From: an uncultured Gemmatimonadaceae bacterium
GTDB taxonomy: Bacteria; Gemmatimonadota; Gemmatimonadetes; Gemmatimonadales; Gemmatimonadaceae
Direction: 5' to 3'
DNA: 64,000 nucleotides
Assembly: GCA_963705025.1 (NCBI GenBank)
Contig: CAVPIP010000002.1
Location: 237,697 to 301,696, forward strand
A program made the translations under genes and the position numbers. Below are positions 18,012 through 27,790 of this stretch, piece by piece. The stretch's first letter is position 1, and the number at the start of each line of letters is the position of its first letter. Below the pieces are notes generated by a model. It did not search any database, was not told where the DNA came from, and saw nothing but the letters and a program-made list of their open reading frames with translations.

Positions 18012-20869
18012 AGAAGGAAAGTCTTCATCCGTCCGACGACGGCCGCATGCAACAGGGCTTCGCGGCTTTTCCGCCGGTGGAGCGGTGGGACGATTGGGTC
18101 GAGCGCGGCCGGCACTACAGTCTCGTCGCGACGACCTGCTTCAACTGCGAAGCGGCGTGCGGCCTCGTCGCGTACGTCGATCAAGAGACGCGCGAGGTTC
18201 GCAAGTTCGAGGGCAATCCGTATCACCCAGGGAGCCGCGGGCGAAATTGCGCGAAAGGTCCGGCGACGCTCAACCAGATTCACGATCCTGAACGCATCCT
18301 GTTCCCGATGCGACGCGTCGGCGCGCGCGGTGCAGGGCAGTGGGAGCGGGTGAGTTGGGACGAAGCCCTCGACGATCTCGCCGGACGCATTCGCCGAGCG
18401 ATTCAAGCGGGTGACCCGAACAAGGTGATGTATCACGTCGGCCGCCCCGGCGAGGACGGCTACACCGAGCGCGTGCTCGCCGCGTGGGGCGTCGACGGGC
18501 ACAACAGCCACACCAACATCTGCTCCTCGGGCGCGCGCGCCGGCTACGCGTTCTGGATGGGCATGGATCGGCCGAGCCCCGACTACGCCAATGCCGAGTG
18601 CATCCTGCTGATCTCGGCGCACCTCGAGAGCGGCCACTACTTCAATCCACACGCGCAGCGGATCATCGAAGCGAAGCAGCGCGGCGCGTCGATCATCGTG
18701 ATGGATCCGCGCCTGTCGAACACCGCGACGCACGCCAGCCATTGGCTGCCGACGTATCCCGGCAGCGAGCCGGTGGTGCTGCTGGCGATCGCGAACCTGC
18801 TGATTCGGGAAAAGCTCTACGACCGCGAGTTCGTGCGCCGTTGGGTGAATTGGCAGGAGTATCTGCGTGCGACGACCCCCGGCGCGCCGGTCTCGTTCGA
18901 GCGTTTCGAGGAAGACCTCGAACGACTCTACGCGGACTACACGCCCGAGCGCGCGGAACAAGAAGCCGGTGTTCCCGCGGCAACGGTCGTCGAAGTCGCA
19001 AAGGCGATCGGCCGCGCCGGCTCGGCGTTCGCCGCGCACAACTGGCGCGCGGCCGCGGCCGGCAACCTCGGTGGCTGGATGACGGCGCGCTGCCTGTTCT
19101 TCCTGAACGTGCTGACGGGCAGCGTCGGCACCGAGGGTGGGACCGTTCCCAACTCGTGGACCAAGTTCGTACCCGCCCCGCACGCGCGGCCGCCGCACCC
19201 CACGACGTGGAACGAGCTCACGTGGCCAAAGGAGTATCCGCTCGCGTTCTTCGAGATGAGCTTTCTACTACCTCACTTCTTGAAAGAAGGCCGCGGAACG
19301 CTCGACGTCTACTTCACGCGCGTCTACAACCCGGTCTGGACCAACCCCGACGGGTTCTCCTGGATGGAAGTCCTGCGCGAGGAGTCGCTGATCGGCCGGC
19401 ACGCGGCGCTCACCCCGGTGTGGAGCGAAACGGCGCTCTTCGCGGACTATGTGCTGCCCGTGGGCCTCGGCAGCGAGCGGCACGATCTCGCGAGCTTCGA
19501 GACGCACGCCGGGAGCTGGATCGGATTCCGGCAGCCGGTCAAGCGCGTGGCCGGCGAGCGTCGCGGCGAGACCGTGGCCGACACACGTGACGTCAATCCG
19601 GGGGAGGTCTGGGAGGAGAACGAATTCTGGATCGAGCTGTCGTGGCGAATCGATCCCGACGGCGCGATGGGGATTCGCAAACACTTCGAGTCGCCGTATC
19701 GCAAGGGCGAGAAGCTCCGCGTCGACGAATACTACCGCTGGATCTTCGAGAACTCGGTTCCCGGTCTGCCCGAAGCCGCGGCTCAGGAAGGGCTCTCGCC
19801 GATGGAATACATGAGGAAGTACGCGTCGTTCGAGGTGCCGGTGGGCGCGTACAGCCGCCACGAAGCCGAGGTCAGCGCCGACGAGCTGGCCGAGTCGTCG
19901 GTCGATGCAGCGACCCAGCGTGTGTTCACGGCGCGTCCGCCCGCGCCGTCGCCCAACATTGCGCCGATGCCCGCGCCGCCGCCGGACTCCGAGGGCCGCC
20001 GCGCCGCCGGTGTGCTGATCGACGGCGTCGCGCGCCGAGGATTTCCGACGCCGTCGGGGAAGCTCGAGTTCTATTCGTCGACGCTCGCCGCATGGGGCTG
20101 GCCCGAGCTCGCGATCCCCACCAGCGTGGAGAGCCATATTGCGCCATCCGCGCTCGACGCGGCCCAAGGCGAGATGGTGCTCATTCCGACCTTCCGGCTT
20201 CCCGTGCTCGTGCATACGAGAACTGGAAATGCGAAGTGGCTGAACGAGCTGGCGCACGCGAATCCGCTCTGGATCCACACCTCGGACGCGGTGAAGCTCG
20301 GTGTCGAGGTCGGCGATCTTCTGCGGGTGACGACTGAGATCGGGTACTTCGTCGTAGCGGCGTGGGTCACCGAGGGCATTCGACCGGGTGTAGTCGCCTG
20401 CTCACACCATATGGGGCGCTGGCGCTTGAACGAGACCGACGGCGCGGATCGTTGGAGCTCCGCCCTCGTGCGTCTCGAGGAACGCGACGGCCGGTGGCGG
20501 ATGCGTCGCGTGAAAGGCGTCGAACCGTTCGCGAGCGACGACGCCGATTCCGGCCGCGTGTGGTGGCAGAGCGCGGGCGTGCATCAGAATCTTACCTTCG
20601 GCGTGCATCCGGATCCAATCAGCGGTGCGCACGCGTGGCATCAGAAAGTGCGCGTCACAAACGCCGAGCCGGGCGATCAGGAAGGAGACATCCAGGTCGA
20701 TACGGCCAAGAGTCACGCGGTGTACAAGGAGTGGCTCGCGAAGGCTCGCCCTGCGTCTGGTCCTTTGCGACGGCCCTATTGGCTGTTGCGTCCGTTGCGT
20801 CCGTCGGCGGATGCGTATCGGATGGACGGCGGTGACGGCGGGGACGACGGATCTCCTCGCGCGGGCTGA
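18008..20869 (+). CDS. molybdopterin (bis-MGD) oxidoreductase catalytic subunit, no Tat signal
   Basis: The GTG at 18008 overlaps the upstream stop (GTGA). N-terminal 4Fe-4S motif CFNCEAAC...C. MopB-like segments HTNICSSGARAGY, ILLISAH and IIVMDPRLSNTA. No RRxFL-type twin-arginine motif occurs in the first 45 aa. Confidence 0.85.
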   Translation: MKKESLHPSDDGRMQQGFAAFPPVERWDDWVERGRHYSLVATTCFNCEAACGLVAYVDQETREVRKFEGNPYHPGSRGRNCAKGPATLNQIHDPERILFPMRRVGARGAGQWERVSWDEALDDLAGRIRRAIQAGDPNKVMYHVGRPGEDGYTERVLAAWGVDGHNSHTNICSSGARAGYAFWMGMDRPSPDYANAECILLISAHLESGHYFNPHAQRIIEAKQRGASIIVMDPRLSNTATHASHWLPTYPGSEPVVLLAIANLLIREKLYDREFVRRWVNWQEYLRATTPGAPVSFERFEEDLERLYADYTPERAEQEAGVPAATVVEVAKAIGRAGSAFAAHNWRAAAAGNLGGWMTARCLFFLNVLTGSVGTEGGTVPNSWTKFVPAPHARPPHPTTWNELTWPKEYPLAFFEMSFLLPHFLKEGRGTLDVYFTRVYNPVWTNPDGFSWMEVLREESLIGRHAALTPVWSETALFADYVLPVGLGSERHDLASFETHAGSWIGFRQPVKRVAGERRGETVADTRDVNPGEVWEENEFWIELSWRIDPDGAMGIRKHFESPYRKGEKLRVDEYYRWIFENSVPGLPEAAAQEGLSPMEYMRKYASFEVPVGAYSRHEAEVSADELAESSVDAATQRVFTARPPAPSPNIAPMPAPPPDSEGRRAAGVLIDGVARRGFPTPSGKLEFYSSTLAAWGWPELAIPTSVESHIAPSALDAAQGEMVLIPTFRLPVLVHTRTGNAKWLNELAHANPLWIHTSDAVKLGVEVGDLLRVTTEIGYFVVAAWVTEGIRPGVVACSHHMGRWRLNETDGADRWSSALVRLEERDGRWRMRRVKGVEPFASDDADSGRVWWQSAGVHQNLTFGVHPDPISGAHAWHQKVRVTNAEPGDQEGDIQVDTAKSHAVYKEWLAKARPASGPLRRPYWLLRPLRPSADAYRMDGGDGGDDGSPRAG

Positions 20870-21185
20870 GGCGGCCATGTGCCCTCCGACGCGACCAGTC
20901 AGCATTGCCGATACTGCCGGCAATGCTGCCTCGGCTCGCGCTCCGGGCACACGTCCGCCTCAGCTGCCGAAGGGGATCGTGCCTCGGCCGGCGAGGGTCG
21001 CAAGCGCGCGATCCGCTTGCACGCGGTGCACGCGGTGTAGGCATGTCGAATGGAAAGGAGAGCCGTGCTGCCCGAGCACGAGCCGAGGCAAAACTGCCGG
21101 CAGTGTCGGCAGTTGTGACTGGTCGTGCGGAGGGTAGTACGGCTCCCCTTTCCGACGAAGTCCAACCGTAGTCCAACCCCGTCGT

Positions 21186-22784
21186 TCAGCGCCGTTTCGC
21201 GGGCCCGTACAAAACCACTCCGGTCCGTGCCGCGGACATCGCACCAGCCTCGAACGCGATCTGGCCGTTCACGATCACCGTCGAGAACCCCTCGGCGTAC
21301 TGATGAGGATTCTCGAACGTGGCCTTGTCGCGCACCGTTGCCGGATCGAACACGACGACGTCGGCCTTCATGCCAGGCCGGAGGACGCCGCGGTCGATCA
21401 GACCGAGGCGCTGGGCGGGATAGGACGTCATCTTGCGAACCGCGTCCTCGAGGGTGAGCACGTGCTTGTCGCGGACGTAGACGCCGAGCACGCGCGCGAA
21501 CGTCCCATAGCTCCGCGGATGCGGGTTGCTCTTGCCGAAGATCGGAATCTCGCCGTCGGTCGCGATCATCGTTCCGGGATAGCGGAGAATGCGCACGAGA
21601 TCGTCTTCGCTGATGGCGTGGAAGATCCCCTGGCAGCCACCCTTCTCGACGATCCACAGCGTCGCTTCGGCCGCGTTCTCGAGCGTCGGCTCCATGCCGC
21701 GCAGGCGCGTGATGTCCGCGAGGCTCTTGCCGTCGAGCGTCGGATCCCACGCGCAGTGCGCGATCACGACGTTCTTCGCGTCGCCTCCGCCGCGCTCGAG
21801 CTCGAGGATCTGGACGCTCTCGGTCTTGATCCGCGCGCGAGTCGCTGGATCCCTGAGCCGCGCTTGAATCGCCGACGTGGTTCCCTCCAACGCCCACGCC
21901 GGAAGAAGCGCGGCCGAGATGCTCGTGGCGGACGCTGTGTACGGGTACTGATCGATCGTTGCGTCGACGCCGCGCGCGCGCGCCTCTTCGACGAGGCGCA
22001 GCGTCTCGACGCTCTGGCCCCAGTATCCAGGGCCGACGATCTTGTGATGCGTGATCTGCGTCGGCAGCCCGCCTTCCTCGCCGATGCGAATCGTCTCCTT
22101 CACGCTCGCGACGACGCCCTTCGCCTCGTCGCGCATGTGCGAGATGTAGATCCCGCCGAAGCGCCCGGCGACTTTCGCGAGCTCGATCACCTCTTCGGTC
22201 GGTGTGAACGTGCCCGGCACGTAAAAGAGGCCGGAGCTCAACCCGAACGCGCCGTCCTTCATGCCCTGCTCGACGAGCGTGCGCATGCGCGCGATCTCAT
22301 CGGGTGTCGCCTTGCGATCGACGTCGCCCATCACGGCGCTTCGGACAGAACCCTGTCCAATAAAGGCACCGATGTTGATCGACTTCTTCAGCGAATCGAG
22401 CCGCGCGAGGAACGGCGCGAGCGGAACGGGCGAGCTGCCGTCCGGCCCCTCGATCACCGTCGTCACGCCCATGCGGATGTAGTTGTCCGCGGTCGGGACG
22501 TCGAAGATTCCCCGGCGGGCGTGGCTGTGGATGTCGATGAACCCGGGCGCCACGACCTGCCCGCCGACGTCGATCGTTCGGCGCGCAGGCTCGGTGATCT
22601 TGAACGCGATGCGCACGATGCTGTCGTGGCGGATCGCGAGATCCGCCCGATACCACGGGCTCCCCGTGCCGTCGACGATGCGCGCGTTCTTGAGCACGAG
22701 GTCGAATGGCACTTGTGCGGCGGCGTGGGAGGTGGCTCCCACGCCGAAGGCACAGATCAGAAGGCAGCGAGCGAGCGACCTCAC
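21186..22784 (-). CDS. N-acyl-D-amino-acid deacylase (D-aminoacylase) family amidohydrolase, secreted
   Basis: Signal peptide MRSLARCLLICAFGVGATSHAAAQ. Motifs VAPGFIDIHSHARRG and GVTTVIEGPDGSS. The GTG start overlaps the upstream VOC stop (GTGA). Confidence 0.85.
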   Translation of the reverse strand: MRSLARCLLICAFGVGATSHAAAQVPFDLVLKNARIVDGTGSPWYRADLAIRHDSIVRIAFKITEPARRTIDVGGQVVAPGFIDIHSHARRGIFDVPTADNYIRMGVTTVIEGPDGSSPVPLAPFLARLDSLKKSINIGAFIGQGSVRSAVMGDVDRKATPDEIARMRTLVEQGMKDGAFGLSSGLFYVPGTFTPTEEVIELAKVAGRFGGIYISHMRDEAKGVVASVKETIRIGEEGGLPTQITHHKIVGPGYWGQSVETLRLVEEARARGVDATIDQYPYTASATSISAALLPAWALEGTTSAIQARLRDPATRARIKTESVQILELERGGGDAKNVVIAHCAWDPTLDGKSLADITRLRGMEPTLENAAEATLWIVEKGGCQGIFHAISEDDLVRILRYPGTMIATDGEIPIFGKSNPHPRSYGTFARVLGVYVRDKHVLTLEDAVRKMTSYPAQRLGLIDRGVLRPGMKADVVVFDPATVRDKATFENPHQYAEGFSTVIVNGQIAFEAGAMSAARTGVVLYGPAKRR

Positions 22785-23887
22785 GTATCGTGCCGGTTGC
22801 CCTTGATCACGTTGCTGATCTGCAGATCCCAGCCGAACGGATCCGGCGTGTGGTAGCTCTTGAAGCGCGACGTGTGAATGTCGCCGCCGCTGCCGGTGTC
22901 CGGTTGCAGATGCCCCGCATTGTTCCGATCGGGTGAGCCGAGGCTCCGTTTCATCAGCTCCGCTTCGACCTTGTCCGGATCGAAGCCTTCGATGCCGAAC
23001 GAGATGTGGTCGATGCTCACGGCCGGGCGATTGCGAATGATCGCGCCGCCCGCGTCGCCGAGGTCGACGGTCACCTGATTGCCGGTGAACGCGCCCGACT
23101 GCTTCCAGCCGAGCAGCGCCTCATAGAACGCGTACGTCTTCTTGAAGTCGGTGCAGCCGTACGAGAGGTGATCGACCCAGAGCGTCTTCCATCCGGTCGG
23201 CTCGAACGGCATCGCGGCCGGAAGCTTTCCGTTCGCCGCGCTCCTGTGCCGGTTCGCTTTCGTTCCGTTCGTCACCTGGATGTCGAAGCCGTCGGGATCC
23301 TTGACGTGGAAGCTCTTGAAGTCGCCCGAGTGATCGGCCACCGGACTCAACCCGCGCTTCTGGAGCTCCGCTTCGACTTTGGCGGTGTCCCACGGCTCGA
23401 TGCCGAAGGCGAGATTGCTGATTCTCGCCATGCGCGGTGGACGATTGCCACGGCCGCCGCCACGTCCACCGCCGGTGTCGCCAGCCGCTGGCGCCGGCGG
23501 CGGCGGCGGCGGTACGAACCCATTGACGAAGATCGCGTCGCCGACGTCGGGTCCGATCTCCATCACGATTCGCTTATCCTCGTCGCTGCGTACCTTCCAG
23601 CCCATCACCGCCGCGTAGAACGGCACCGCCTTCGTGTAGTCGCCGCACTGATACGTGATGTGGTCGAACCACACGGTCTTCCAGCCGGTGGGCTCGAACG
23701 GCGCGGGCGCAGGCGTGGTGTCGGCCGGCGCGCGGTTGCCTCGACCGCCGGCCCGGCCGCCGCCGCCCTGAGCGAGGCCGACCGTCGGAATGGCGAGCAT
23801 CGACAGGCCGAGCGCGCGGAGCAGCTCACGGCGTGAGATCCGACCGGTGTCGAAGTCGCGGAACAGCCGCTCGATCATGTCATTCAT
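22781..23887 (-). CDS. Tat-exported two-domain VOC (glyoxalase/dioxygenase fold) protein with Gly/Arg-rich linkers
   Basis: Tat motif GRISRRELLRALG. Two VOC-like halves are present (VWFDHITYQCGDY... and LWVDHLSYGCTDF...). Low-complexity segments GGGGRAGGRGNRAP and GGGRGGGRGNRPP. Confidence 0.75.
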   Translation of the reverse strand: MNDMIERLFRDFDTGRISRRELLRALGLSMLAIPTVGLAQGGGGRAGGRGNRAPADTTPAPAPFEPTGWKTVWFDHITYQCGDYTKAVPFYAAVMGWKVRSDEDKRIVMEIGPDVGDAIFVNGFVPPPPPPAPAAGDTGGGRGGGRGNRPPRMARISNLAFGIEPWDTAKVEAELQKRGLSPVADHSGDFKSFHVKDPDGFDIQVTNGTKANRHRSAANGKLPAAMPFEPTGWKTLWVDHLSYGCTDFKKTYAFYEALLGWKQSGAFTGNQVTVDLGDAGGAIIRNRPAVSIDHISFGIEGFDPDKVEAELMKRSLGSPDRNNAGHLQPDTGSGGDIHTSRFKSYHTPDPFGWDLQISNVIKGNRHDT

Positions 23888-24069
23888 AGAATCCTCATGG
23901 TGTCATCGCTTGGGGGACCACGCGTCGGTCGGCCTCTCGTCGGCAGATATTGGCACATCGGCGGGCGATGCGGAATACGGGCACGGCCCCAGCCGCCCGC
24001 CGAGGCGATGCGGCGCAGTCGAACCGAACGGCGCAGACGCCGGAGACGCGAAGGGCGACGCGCGCAGCG

Positions 24070-24190
24070 CACAGCGACGGAGACTGCGACGGCGCGTGAC
24101 GGCAGACTGCGACGGCAGACTGCGACGGCAGACTGCGACGGACTCGACGGCAACTGCGACGGAAACTGCGACGGCAAACTGCGACGGCAA
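24070..24190. repeat. tandem array, 12-13 nt unit CAGACTGCGACGG (about 10 units)
   Basis: Three perfect units lie at 24103-24141, and degenerate units (caactgcgacgg, aaactgcgacgg, caaactgcgacgg) flank them. The array is intergenic. Confidence 0.85.
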
Positions 24191-24234
24191 GACCATGAAC
24201 GGTAGGCTGGGCGGCTCCTGAGGCAGAGTCGAAG

Positions 24235-24273
24235 AACGGAACGGGCGACGTGCAACACGTCGCCCGTTCCGTT
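24235..24273. terminator. perfect 18-bp hairpin (possible terminator/insulator between the S9 peptidase and VOC genes)
   Basis: aacggaacgggcgacgtg-caa-cacgtcgcccgttccgtt. Only weak T-richness follows on either strand. Confidence 0.4.
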
Positions 24274-24332
24274 TCGTGTGCGATTCAATCCGATGGTGAT
24301 CAACTCTTCGGCACGTACGCCGTCTGGTGCGT

Positions 24333-24502
24333 GCGCCGTTAGGCGTTGGCGCCGTTCGGCTGTCCGCGCGGTTCGGCTGTCCGCGCGGTTCGGCTGTCCG
24401 CGCGGTTCGGCGTGTCTGCGCGGTGTCGGCTGTCCGCGCGGTTCGCTGTCCGCGCCGTTCGGCTGTCTGCGCCGTTCGGCTGTCTGCGCCGTCAGCGGTT
24501 CA
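24333..24502. repeat. tandem array of the 17-nt family GCGC(C/G)GTTCGGCTGTCC, about 10 units
   Basis: Units start at 24349, 24366, 24383, 24452 and 24469, with 16-18 nt variants between them. The last unit, gcgccgtcagcggttca, contains the S9 peptidase stop codon (24500-24502). Confidence 0.9.
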
Positions 24503-27486
24503 ACGAATCGGTCCTCCTTTCTTCACTTGTGGCAGCCCGTTTGCCATCCAGTCCGGCATCGGCTTGTCCATCAGGTAGTGATCGAAGAACTGCTTCATGC
24601 GGATCGCGAAATCCTTCTGGTCGTCGCGATCGGTGAGATTGTGCGGCTGGCCGGGATACGACAGGAAGATCACCTGCTTGCCCTGCTGGCGGGCGGCATT
24701 GAAGAACTGTAACCCTTCCACGTAATCGACCGCGCCGTCGTCGCCGCCCTGCAGGATCATGAAGGGCGTCTTGATGTTCTTCACGTGGAAGATCGGCGAC
24801 TGCTCCTCGAACATCTTCGTGTTCGTCCACGGATCGACGCCGGCGCCCATGCGGACCTGGCCGACCGTCGTGATGCCCTGCTGTACGGTGCCGGTGCTCT
24901 TGTAGAGCTCACTGTAGAAGCTCGTGAGGTTCGTCGGCGGCGCGCCGGTGACGACCGCCGCGAAGAGGTCGGTCTGCGTCACGATGTACGACGACTGATA
25001 TCCGCCCCAGCTGTGGCCGTGGAGCCCGATGTGCTTCGGGTCCGCGTAGCCGAGCTCGATCGCCTTCTTCACCGCGCTCGTCACGCAGTCGACGGCCGAC
25101 GTACCCGGCTTCCCGATCTCGTACACGACGTCCGGCTGCAGCACGACGTAGCCGTTGCTCGCGTACATCGATATTTGTGGACTGTCTCCGTAGCCGGGGA
25201 CGGGAAAATTGTGGTGCGTGTTCGACATGATCTCGTAGAACTCCACGAGCATCGGATATTTCTTGCCCGGCTCGTAGCCCGGCGGCAGCGTGAGCGTGCC
25301 CTGGAGCTGGTGCCCGAAGCGGTCCTTGTAGTCGATGAGCACTTTCTTACTGGCCCACGCGAACTCGGAGAGAATCGGGTTGGCGTCGGTCACGCGCTTC
25401 GGCGACGCGAACGACGAGCTCGTGGCCCAGTAGTCCGGGAACTGGTTGAAGTCCTGCTCGGTGAAGACCATGACGTCGGCGTCCTCGGCCTTGAGCACGC
25501 CGCCGACGTTCTTGTCCTCCCAGATGAGCGGCTTGGGCGCCTGGCCCGCCGTCACTTGCCAATAGCCGAACTTCTTCGTGCGGTCGCCGTACGCCGACAG
25601 CGTGATCGGCTGCGTGAGATCGACGCCGTCGTCCTCGCCGGCCGCCGCGGCGCCGCCGCGTCCACCGCCCCGGCCGCCGCGTCCGCCGCCGCCGGCGCCA
25701 AAGCGCACGACGCGGAATTGAATTCCCTGTGCGCGGCCGACGCCGCCGGTGAGATTCGTCGCCGCGCCGCCGTCGAGCGGCGCCTGCCACACGTCGTATT
25801 TGTCGTACAGCAACACGGACTTGCCGTCCTTCGTCCAGCCGCCCAAGCCCCAGATCGGCTTCTCGTAGGCGTGGTCGTCGTCGTCATTGACGTACGACTT
25901 GCCGGGGAGCTTGGCGGCGTCGAGCTGCGCTGACGTGCCGTTCTCGAGATTGAACGCGCGCAGCTGCTTGTTCTTCAGATAGAGATACCAACGCGAGTCG
26001 GGCGACGTGCCGTACTCGCGCGTGAGCGACTTGTCGATCAGCGTGCGCGCGCCGGTCGCGACGTCCACCTTGTACAGATCGGCGTGCGAGCCGCCCCACG
26101 CAACTTCACCGCGATACGGACCGTCGTTTCGCCCGATCGCGACGGCGGAGTTGGCGGCCGGCGTCACGGTGCGCATGTCGTCGTCGCCGAGCTTCACGAG
26201 CGTGTTGCTGCCGACGAGAATCACTGCCGGTGTCGTCGCGCGGCGCAGCTGCTGGAGCTGCACGATCTGCACCGATTGCGGCGTCTGATCCTTCCAGTGC
26301 CAGATGTCGACGTTCGCCTTGTTCGAGTCGGCGGCGGCGACTTCCTGCTCCTGGTCCTTGATGCCGACGAAGATGCGCGAGCCGTCCTTGCTCCAGCGCG
26401 GCGCTGTGTATTCGCTCAGGACCATGCCCTTCGGGAATCCGGGGTCGCGTGATGGCTCATACGTCACGGCGCGCGCCTCCGGGCTCGAGACGCCGAGCCA
26501 CGCGAGCAACGCGTTCTCCTTCTGCTTCACGCCGCGGGCCTTGTCGCCGCGCAGCACGGCGAGGTTGGCGCCGTCGGTGCTCCAGGTGAGCTGATCGTAG
26601 TCGGCTTGCGCGGTGCTCAGCGCGCGCGTTTCGCCGCTCACAGGGTTGAGCACGATAGATGCCGTTGCCAAGCCGGTCAGTGGCGTCGACAGTGTAGGCG
26701 AGCAGCTTACCGGCGTTGTCGAACTCGAATTGGTTGACGTTGCCGATGTTGCGTGCGAGCGCCGGTCGACATGTCGCGCATGACGAGGTCCGCGCCACCG
26801 GGCGACGCGGCACCGCCACCCCCGCCGCGACCACCCCGACCGCTGGCGGCTGGGGCATCGGCCGCGGGCGCCGCCGCCGGACGATTGAGCTTCACCGCGA
26901 GCCAGCGTCCGTCATTCGAGAACTTCCACGACGCTGCGTTCGGGATCGCAACCTTCTCGCCGGTCGCGAGGTTGAGCAGCTCGAGATGTGGCGTGGTCGA
27001 TTCGTCGGTCGCCGTCGCGCCTCCAGCACGTCCGCGTCCGGCGCGTCCGGCCGCGCCACCGCCGCGACCTTGGGGCGTCACCATGTATGCGGCCCACTTC
27101 GAGTCGTCCGTGAATGACGGGGCATTGCCGCCGCCCGCGCCTCCACGACCGCCGCCGCCTCCCGCGCGTCCGCCGCCCGCTCCGCCGCCGACGATGGCCG
27201 TGTAGTCCTTGCTGCCGTCGAGCGCCTTCACGTGCAGAATCGTCTGTCCCCCTTCGTTCGGCGAGTAGGTGAACGTCATCCACTTGCCGTCGGGCGAGAG
27301 GGCAGGGGACGTGATCCGGTTCCAGCGCGCGAAGTCCTCGAGCTGGAGCGTTTTGACGTCGGGTTTCGCCGACGCGTTGGCGGGTGCGCCGCCGGCCGAT
27401 TGCGTTGAGCGAGCTTGTGCACCGGCGACCGGGGCCGCGACGATGGCCAGGGCGATGGCCCGGCCGAGGAGCGTGGAGTACCGCAT
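24500..27486 (-). CDS. secreted S9 (prolyl oligopeptidase family) serine peptidase with beta-propeller N-terminal region and Gly/Arg-rich inserts (two frameshifts)
   Basis: Signal peptide MRYSTLLGRAIALAIVAAPVAGAQA (ORF 26707..27486). The sequence continues RNIGNVNQFEFDNAGKLLAYTVDATDRLGNGIY (ORF 26457..26858), then VLNPVSGETRALS... (ORF 24500..26671). Frame changes occur near 26755 and 26654. The catalytic Ser context is GLHGHSWGGYQS. Confidence 0.8.
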
Positions 27487-27790
27487 GGGAAGGTCTCCAG
27501 CGAATTGGGGGAGCGAAGTGGCAATTCAATCTGGCACGGGCGCCGGCTGCCGGCCAACCGGCAGAGGCGAGTCGCCCGTCCACGCACCTGGTACGCAGCC
27601 GTGCCGCCGAGCGTTCGGGTCGCGACCGACTCTCATCAACGGCCGCGAGAGCTCCTGATTCTCGGTGCACCAGGCGATACGGATGGCAAAATCGATATCG
27701 AAGCTGGCGTTCTTGCCCATAGCCGCCACACGGACGGCGGTGTTCTGTTTGGGGGACATCGACGCTTCGCTCGTGAACACTGCATCGAAC

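Noticed and set aside
27532-27550. TGGCACGGGCGCCGGCTGC upstream of the cysteine-synthase-family gene as a sigma-54 promoter
   Set aside because: The -24-like TGGCAC is perfect, but no TTGC/GC element lies at the required spacing. The nearest CTGC is 4 nt too far.
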